Shown piece after piece: positions 51,420 through 64,000 of a stretch of DNA of 64,000 nucleotides (its first letter is position 1; the number at the start of each line of letters is the position of its first letter). This stretch comes from Chrysomallon squamiferum. Lineage: Eukaryota > Animalia > Mollusca. A program made the position numbers and the translations under genes. The stretch is from NCBI GenBank assembly GCA_012295275.1, contig CM022673.1:25668001-25732000 (forward strand). Reading direction: 5' to 3'. The notes below the pieces were generated by a model, which did no database searches, was not told where the DNA came from, and worked only from the letters and a program-made list of their open reading frames with translations.

Positions 51420-53203
51420 ATACATCACTGCATCAATGCACAAGCTAAATTATTACCATGGGTTTATTGGTAATTAGTCGGCCATATTAGGAGGTTCCAT
51501 CGGTATTTATATTAAGTCTGTCTGCAGACATTGTATAATTAATTTTATACAAAAACATTAATATCAAGTGCAATCACATTTTAAAAAGTGAAGTTGGAAA
51601 TAGGTTTTTAATTCAGTTAAAATTCAAACCACATTTTTTTAATTATTATTTTTTTAAAATAACATCAGGACTAATACAGTATTCTAAGTTTACAGTGTAA
51701 TAAGAATTTTATGCAAAACACATTGACATTATGGAGGAGGGATTCAAACATAACTTATTTTTTCCTTTTTCAAGACTTAGGGTTGCATTCTAAAATTAAT
51801 TATTTCAAAGAATCCATGATTGGAGGTCATAAAATTATTTATGTTTTAAGTATTTTATATCCAAAATGAACTTCAAGGTTTGCTTTGCATTTTAAACTAG
51901 ACAATATGATGATCTGTTGCCTCTATTATCAGAATATACATGTATATATTTCATAATCAAATGCACATATTTATAATTTTAGAATGTCTGTCAATATTAA
52001 ATTTCCTGACAGCTTGCCATGTAGCTGACATAGCAGTAGCTTGTTGACATGATGCTCATTATGAATAAATTTAAGTTCTTTATTCTCAGCATGTAAGTCA
52101 TTGTTACACTGACTTGTCAGTATATAACTCATATTTAATCTTGCAGACATTACAGTTTATTGTAAAAAAAACAAACAAAAAAACAAACAAAAAAAAAACA
52201 ACAAAATATATATCTAACAGGTTTAATCTATAAAAACACAGAGTGTAATTAAGGCGCCATCTTTAACGTGAACATGTATTCTTGATAAGAAAAAAAAAAG
52301 AGATAAAATCACAAATTTAGGTTTAGTTAGATTTCAAAGGTTTGAGGGCATTAGTATTATTTATTTTTATTCAAATAAAACAGGTTTGTTTGTTTTTGAA
52401 TTACATCATTCAACTCCTTTGTTATAGTTATTTTTAAAAAAAATTGTATATAAAAATGTTTTAGAAATGAAATGATCTTTAGTAACATCCAAATTTAATT
52501 TTTATATTATTAATATATTTTTTGTTTTATCTATGTATTAATGTTATTTACAAATAATGTTGAATAAATAACATTCTGCTCAAGTACATCTTTATGTCTG
52601 CAATCTTTCTATTTTTTATAGTATTCTGCTTCGATTTACTGAACAAAAACAGTGTGCAGGTATGTGTTTTCTCCCAGCAGTGAAAGAATTTAAAATGAAG
52701 AAACATTTAAAAAATTATTTTTTTAATTTTTAATGGATAGAATAATAACAATTTACTTTGCAGATAAAAACCTAGATGTATCTATATTGTACCTGAAAAT
52801 TGTACAATATAACAACTTTTGTATCGGACTTGATGCAAACATGAAACAGAGCATGGTCACAAATACAGAACAACAAAAAATAATAAATCAGTAACAAAAA
52901 GTAATAATAATTTGAATTTGGTTTTCTGGAGAAGGAAAAATCAAGGATATAAGACCTGACAAAAAAAAAAAAAAAAAAAAAAAAAAAGAAAAAGAAACCA
53001 ACAAAAATCCCTATAGTATTGTTAATATCATATAATCAGTGTATATTGTACTAAACATGAATATTTACTATCTTGCAGGCAGGTTCATAATTTTAACTTC
53101 ATTATTTGTGATTAGCACGGGTCATTAAATAACAGAAACCCTGTGTTATGTTAGTCTGAAATATATGTCATTATTGTTCTGAACATGCAAATATTCTTGC
53201 TTG

Positions 53204-56154
53204 TTATTGGACATCTTGTCTAATTTGTTTTAAAAGTTTCCACATCATGGTCATGGTTATTTTTTCATAATCATTAAAAAAGTTCTTTCCACCATGAAGA
53301 AATATAACACTGCTAGGGCATTCATTTGAAATTTCTGAAAAAAAAGAAGAAAAAAAACTAAAATTTTATTTCAGTTTAAGTAAATGAACCAAATTAAACA
53401 GACAGAAACGTGATTTTTGAGATTTAAATGAAAACCATTTTGTATTAAAGACTTTGTTTGTTTCAGTTGTTTGTTGGGTTCTCTTTTAATGACATTATTC
53501 CTAAGCAAAGCTAAAAAAAAAAAATTCATAAAAATAATTTGGATGGACAGCATTAAGAAAAAATGCATCTTGTCTAACATTACTTTGTTTTGTTTTTTTC
53601 TTGATTAGTTAAATGCAGTCAGAAGTAAAATGGAATCTTCTATTTAATTATTCAGAAATTAATCATTTAAAAAAATAAAAATGAAAAAGCTGTAGCACAA
53701 TGCTTCCTATATATGTAAGTGTAACAGTACTTTGTTTCATCTCTGACAGCCTCTATAAAAACAGAAAATACTTCATAAACGTTTGTGTAGACCGATATCA
53801 CTATCAAAAAAACACACAAGTTACCTTTAGGTTTGTTCAGAACACCTTTCTCATCACACTCAATTATTTCCTCTACAGGAATACCAATCATCTTAGCAAA
53901 ATCCTCCACCAAAGGACTTGGTATATATTCATCATTTTCACCAAACAGAATTAACTTTGGAATTTTAACATAGTTCATTCCAGAAGCAAACCCTGCTACC
54001 TGAAAAATATTTTAAGTAAAAAAATCAGAGACATCTGAGATGTTTTTAAATGTATATGTTTCAATATTTTTAAAATATGTAAAACAGGTATAAATTAGCA
54101 AGAGGGAGAAAATTTAAGTGATGATATATATATATTTTAAACACAAGTTTAAACACAAATACCTATGAACATTTGAATTACATGACCAAGTGACCCCATC
54201 TTCAGCATCACAATTTTTTAGATAAACTTCACCCATACCTATTTATTTTGATTGATATATTAAGAAAAAGGTTTTTGTAATTATTGAATCAGTTTACATT
54301 GTTACCTCTGCAAAATCGACACCACAGATTGTATATGATGTGTAGATGAAATCCTTTGCAATGAACTCTGAAAACCCGTGAAAATTTTAACAGAATGCAC
54401 AAGAAGATAAGCTAATGGTTTCAGAAGTGTATTTTCCCACATCCAAACTATTGTCCTGTGTAGCGATATTGGTTGTATCAACCTGGAATAAAAAAAGTGA
54501 AAGTGTAAAAAATAAAATGTTTGTGTATGTGTGTGTTTTTCACATGCATTAATAAAAAATATCATTAATATCATCAAGGAAGAAACCTCTTTTACACAAA
54601 TTGGTCCTTTACAGAAAACCATTCTACAAATGAGATAACTGTATCAACAAACCACTAACCTGAAGTCCTCCACGACAGGCCAAGGAGAAAGAAAAACTGC
54701 CGATTTGAACATATCTTTTGTAACCTGTGATGTACACAATCGCAGGATTGGATAACAACCAGCACCATGTCCTATGACCATGTCCACTCTGAAAATGTTT
54801 AAGAAAACATTACAAATTGCAGAAGAAAAATAAAGTCCAAGAGAAAGGAAAATCAAGAGGTTGAAGATTCTGAGTTTCCTAAGAATTAAACACTGATGCA
54901 TTCAAAAACAGTTTGTTTATATTTGAACAAAAAAACAAACACACAGTACAACTGTTTTTTTAAATCTAAATTCTGTATGTATAATCTGAAATACTGCATA
55001 ATAAATCACACTAACATTCTAGCCAGTAAGTAATAATCAAATGGCTCAGTATAACAATAGCATAATGTAACATACAGATTTTTAAAATTTATTTTTAATG
55101 TTCCTGGCTCTATACCCAATATAAAATTGAATAATTAACTACTTTTCAGGATTCTTTTGATGTTATATTTGTAAAATATTTTGTTCACCTTTTTACTCCT
55201 AGGTTTGATAAGAAATCACACACAAACTGAGACTTCTCTTCATTTGTATGAGCAAAAATGTAATCTTGACCTGGAATAACCCCATCCGTTTGTCCAAAAC
55301 CTGCAAAAGTGCAAGTGAAAGAACTGGAGAAGTCATTTTTGAATCTACATACAGATGGCACTAAAGAATCTTAGAATGTTTTGACTGTAATGTCAAACAT
55401 AATCTAAAATAAAATAAAATAAAATAAAATAAAACAAAAATAAAGTGCTCATTTGTAATATTTGTGTTTATATCAAATACCTTAAAAATGTGTTTAAAAA
55501 AACTGTGGCAAACCAGATCCGAAAACTACATTCAACATTGTGAAAATTATATTTTCAATAGTTTTTATTATTTAAAATTGTAATAATCAGATCCGTATGC
55601 AGGATTTTCTGATGGAAATGGGAAGGAATATGCTTTCTTTCTTTCATTATCTCTCTTTTAAAATTAAACAGAACCTTGCAAATTCACACACCCACACACC
55701 CTGTGCATTACTCCTACCCCCCTCAGACCTGGTACGGACCTGACATTCAATGATTCATGCTCTTGTTACTTGTGATTTTCACACCTGGGAAATTTGGTGC
55801 AATAACACGACAACCCATGGAAACAAAATATTCAAGAAATTGTGATAAATCTTCATGTGATCCGGGAGAATTATGAAGGGCAAGAATCGTTGGTAATGAT
55901 GATGTAATTTTGATATCGTCATCTGGATGGGAATCAGCATAACAAACATCAAACAAAACACCGTTCGGCACATCTTCCCAAACGTTAACGCATGTTTGTA
56001 CATAAATATAGCGAATTTTTAGTCTTTGATTTTTAAACGGCTCGTCGTTTTTCTTCGATACACATGTTCTTGTAAAATGTCTGATATAGGTTGAAGAAAA
56101 AGAGCTTATTCTGAACTTTTTTAAACACGACCGGCAAACATTTCTGAAAATCAT
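53204..56154 (-). CDS. Alpha/beta-hydrolase fold protein, DUF1057-like, probably catalytically inactive; putative mitochondrial presequence; apparent 1-nt frameshift in exon 4
   Basis: Exons (- strand): 56154-55785 (LALHNSPGSHEDL...RVIAPNFPG), 55300-55189 (GFGQTDG...HTNEEKSQFVCDFLSNLGV), 54788-54660 (VDMVIGHGAGCYP), 54482-54306, 53999-53825 (KIPKLILFGENDEYIP), 53334-53204 (FLHGGKNFF...QIRQDVQ*). The motif order matches the alpha/beta-hydrolase fold and the remembered DUF1057 pattern HGSPGSH...NYPGFG...TNEER...GHSRGC. Confidence 0.78.
55588..55742. mobile_element. Degenerate MITE with short hAT-style TIRs, in intron 1 of the hydrolase gene
   Basis: Left end CAGATCCGTATGCAGG versus reverse complement of right end CAGGTCCGTACCAGG. 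C-rich subterminal tract; no intact 8-bp TSD. Confidence 0.45.
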
Positions 56155-57404
56155 CGTGTTCTAGGTTAAATTGGAGTTACCAAACTTGAATTGACTTTTT
56201 GTTAAAGGCACAGCGCCACCTGGAATACTGAACCAACACAAAGCGCTCTAACGATTATAAATGAAATAGTAATAATAAAAATGTTTTGGATTAAATCAGT
56301 TTTATTAACTGGATTATCTGTTAATCAAAAACAATTTTTAGCGAATGAACATTTCATTATTATTTCATTATTATTCAGATTCCATAAAGCATAAAGTGAT
56401 TATTAGTTCTAACACTGTAGGTTATATTTAGTATTATTTTGGCGTGTGTGTCTCTATAGTCTATGTGTGTTTACTAGTGTGCGTGCGCGCCTGCGTGTTC
56501 GTAAGTGTACACTTTTCCTACAGAATGATCCCATATATATATGAAACAAATCATATAAAAGAGAGAAACACAAACAAATCCATACACACAGTAACACAGA
56601 AAGTGTCCGTTTGTTTAAAATTTGAATATGTCGTTTTTTTGGTTATATATATATGTTAAACAAATTATAAAGAGGACTGATCACACACACACACACACAG
56701 AGGGTCTATGTGGATTTTAAATTTGAATACAGTTTTCTGTAGAAACACACATAACTTCCCTTCTCAAATAAATAAATGAATTTTTCTAGTTTATTTTTGA
56801 ATGGTGTAACAATTAAAATTAAAACTTTCGATTACGTCAGATGACCAACAAATGTACGTACACTGATAACTTTGTTCTCGAGTTGGTATCGGACGGGGAG
56901 AGGACCCTCAGAAAATAGCCTACTGACAGCTTTATTATAAATACATTTCTGAGAATAAATATTTTTTTTATCATGTTCTGCAAACAATTCTACGCATCCT
57001 CGATTTCGAAAATTTAATTTCTATTAAATATAAGCATCTTCAATATTCTTTCGAAAAAAGTCACTTTACAAAGTCATTCTAGTATGTTTAGCAGGTGTGA
57101 TTTTTTTTAACGACATATGCTTTCAGTAGATCATTTATTTAACTTTATAATCTGCCAAATTTCACGGAAATCTAAACTTGCGAACATGGTTTGTTTCATT
57201 GCGAACGATGTTGCACGCAGTTCTTTGTAATGGTAATGGCTGTCACTATAATTTGTCTGATCTCCAAGATAAATATACTTTACAAAACCAGTTTATTTCT
57301 TTACATTCTCTTTTATTTTGTTTTTATACAATAATGTCATTTATAAATATATATATTTTTTTATTTCAAAATACGTTCAAAAAAAAAAAAAAAAAAAAAA
57401 AAAG

Positions 57405-57545
57405 GTGGTTTTTTGTGGCGACTGGAACGGATTAATTGTATTTCATCAATTAATTTCAGTTGGGAAAATTGATTTGATATACGAGCAAATTTAGATACGA
57501 GCTCAGTCACGGAACGAATTAAACTAAGACAAGGAACCACTACTT
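57405..57545 (-). mobile_element. Terminal fragment of a Tigger/pogo-like DNA transposon
   Basis: The - strand reads GTGGTTCCTTG...TTTAATTCGTTCCGTGACTGAGCTCGTATCTAAATTTGCTCGTATATCAAATCAATTTTCCC...TTAATCCGTTCCAG. The repeated GCTCGTA and TCGTTCC submotifs are typical of Tigger-family termini (from memory). CpG-rich relative to the flanks. Confidence 0.5.
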
Positions 57546-59524
57546 GTAAGACACCGGAAAAAATCACCAGATTAAAACAGTTTCGAGATTACAGACCAAA
57601 TAGCCATAAATAATCCAAATGTTGATGACAAACCAACGGCAGAATCTGAAAAAGAAAATAACTTATAAAGAACTGGCTTTAACACAATAACTAATGAAAC
57701 TGGTTTTAGTAAAAGATTAAATCTGTTTATGTAGTTCATGTTGAGAGTTCGTAAAAAACGTTTTTGTTTCTGTTAGTCGGACATCATAAAGTTAATGGCT
57801 AAAAATAAATATGGCAAAAAAATTAACTAGAATATACAGGAAAATTTAAAAATAAATGAGACGCAAGAAATATTTAGCTCATCTGTTGAAGTCAAATAAG
57901 CTTGATTACTAATAAATGTTAATGTATTTAAATAATTAATTAATGTCTAATAAAAATTTATTAAACAGCATCTCAACAAATTAAATATTGAAAATTCTGA
58001 GTGCCTTAAAAAAACAAAAAAAACAAAAAAAACAAAACCCCCCCAAAAACCAAATAAACAAAACAACAAAAAAAAAAAAAAAAAAAGAAGAAAAGAAAGA
58101 AATGCATTTTATTTATTTATTTATTTTAACTGATGCTTAAAACTGAAAATAGTAAAATTAGCCACAAAATTAGACTTGTTCTATAAATGGCAATACCAAA
58201 TCCTTGAGCCACCAGCTGGAACGGGAAATATCCATTTAATGGTCATCATAAGGAAGACTGATCTTGTGAATAATATTGTGATACCTTGTGGCTTACTGCT
58301 GGTTTAAGATTATTTAAATTATTTTTAAATTTGTGAATGTAAATTTTAAGCAAGACAAGACAGTCTGTTGTGATTTATAAGTATTTTCTTAAAATTTCAT
58401 TTGTTTTCTCATTGTTCAATTGTTCATCATAGGCTGCGAATGATTTGTCAGCCGAAACTTTCGAGAGAATTCATTCTGTCGATCTTCCACCATTTTAACT
58501 AATCGTAAATTTAATACATAATGAAAAGTGGTTAATATTATACGTGTAACTGAAAATGCCTAGACATATTGACGGTAAAGATTCATATATGTGCTGAATC
58601 TTTAAATTACATTATTAGAAAAGACTGAATAAAATCTCCTTAAAATAAGACGTAAACATATATCCTCCGAAGGAAAAATATTAACATTCTTCTTTTAACG
58701 TCTATAAGAATATGAAAATATGATGACTGAAATTTGAGATCCTGGCTTGGAACAAAAGTTCATAGCGTTTTTATTAAAGTGAAACATAAAAAAAACAAAA
58801 ATAATAAATAATAATAATATTTAGATATTTGTTTATAGATTTATTCAATCACCATTTTTCCATTTTGAATATGTAAATATATCATTCACATGTGATATAC
58901 TAAAGCACGTACAAAAAAAAATCTATCAACTTCTGTTCCACTCTACTATTTCAGTAAACCGTATTGGATTCCCACCAAATCATTTCTTTTCCTTTAATTA
59001 TTGTTATCTATCTCATTTGTTATTAATGATTAAAAAAAAAAAAATCTAATTCTCTAAAAATGATTATGATAATAATAAAATAATATGCCTCTCATCATAT
59101 ACAGAAAATGAGAGGACTTATTTTATTTTTTTACAAATAAATAATTAAAACAATTTTTATTCATTACAGCTAATTTTAATACATTTTTGAAAGATGTCAT
59201 GCATTTTTTAATGTAATTTTAATACAAAAGAAAAGGTGGCATTGTTATTTGATTTTCTTTTACATTTAACAGTATAATAATCAATTTCCTCCTTTTTAAA
59301 TACACAATAACGTCAAAACATAATAACGCGACATAATTATTTATTGCAGTGCTGTGCCATAATTTTCTACCACAAATACAATTATATATATATATATATA
59401 TATTCATCGTTTTATTATTTTTAAATATTCAGTAACATGGTTTGATCTCAAAATACAAACAGCTTTGCTGGTTTGATCCGAGACCAATAAGCGAAAACAA
59501 AGGTTATCGTTTAACGAGACTAAT

Positions 59525-59555
59525 ATAACCGGAAATTATTAACTCGGAAGTGATC
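59525..59555 (+). promoter_or_regulatory. Putative GOLGA4 core promoter with tandem ETS-like sites
   Basis: ACCGGAAAT (59528) and TCGGAAGTG (59544) lie in a CpG-enriched patch ~350 bp upstream of the ATG. Confidence 0.4.
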
Positions 59556-59892
59556 TGCAACATTACAAAGTGCATAAGTAAAAACAGTGATACTGTTAAT
59601 AGGTGTAAATATAAATTAATACACTTCATAAACATTAAATCTATTAAATGTCACACAAATTGTAAAAATAGGTGTCATTGGAAATAATAATAATTAAATC
59701 AAAAAACTTTTATATTTGTTAAATTCACTGTAAAACTAATCCTTTTCCATGTAAAATATGGAAACTTTTGTATGTTGTGTGTTTTTATGGCCACCTGGAA
59801 TACGTGTCCGCTCTGACAGTTTAATTAGACATTGTATATTTTGACTTCTATAATGAATGGCCATTTTAATAAAAATGTAAAACAAAAACAAA

Positions 59893-63675
<3,783 letters not shown>

Positions 63676-64000
63676 GTAATTATAATTCTTTTGTTTTATT
63701 TTATTTTATTTTTAGTACAAATCAGTTGTCTTTTATCAAGAATCTTCAGGGATAATTTTAGGGAAATCATTCAGTTATTTAGCTGAAATAATTATATGGT
63801 CAAAAAAGAAAAGAAAAGAAAAAAAAGTTTTTCAGGTGTTGATTAATGGATTGATGATCATAGTAACTGGCTTGTTTAATGGGTTGTGAACCTGTTTCCT
63901 GCTTGAATATAATAATACATAACCTTTAAGGTCTTGCCTAGTAGATTTTTCATCTTTACAGCATTGTAAACAGAATAGTGAAGTATAAATATCTAGTTTT

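Noticed and set aside
58378-58494. Short minus-strand ORF-like CpG-rich stretch (MVEDRQNEFSRK...)
   Set aside because: Stops in all frames and no recognisable family; probably a transposon relic.

Overview
Very AT-rich, microsatellite-rich metazoan genomic DNA with spliceosomal GT-AG introns. It is invertebrate-like and the SINE-like relics recall gastropod repeats, but the taxon cannot be fixed from the sequence. Five intron-containing genes were reconstructed by hand. (1) CRACR2A/EFCAB4B (Rab46-type large Rab: EF-hands, coiled coil, Rab domain, CCS tail), + strand, 8668-31381. (2) A GLRX2-like dithiol glutaredoxin (CSFC), - strand, 34069-35071. (3) TBC1D9 (two GRAM domains, TBC RabGAP, EF-hand), + strand, 36804-51419, head-to-head with the glutaredoxin. 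(4) A DUF1057-like alpha/beta-hydrolase, - strand, 53204-56154, lacking the catalytic Ser and His and carrying an apparent frameshift. (5) The 5' part of GOLGA4 (golgin-245), + strand, from 59893 to beyond the window. Notable details: two in-frame candidate microexons (6 nt and 12 nt), a probable GC-AG intron, a Rab46 exon broken at the edge of a 92-bp higher-order satellite, minisatellites carrying splice-site-like copies, an NKVE G4 motif, a Tigger4/MER46-like MITE, and a 14-mer shared near two divergent start codons. No prokaryotic-type system, CRISPR array or RNA gene is supported. Family assignments rest on remembered motifs, not database searches.
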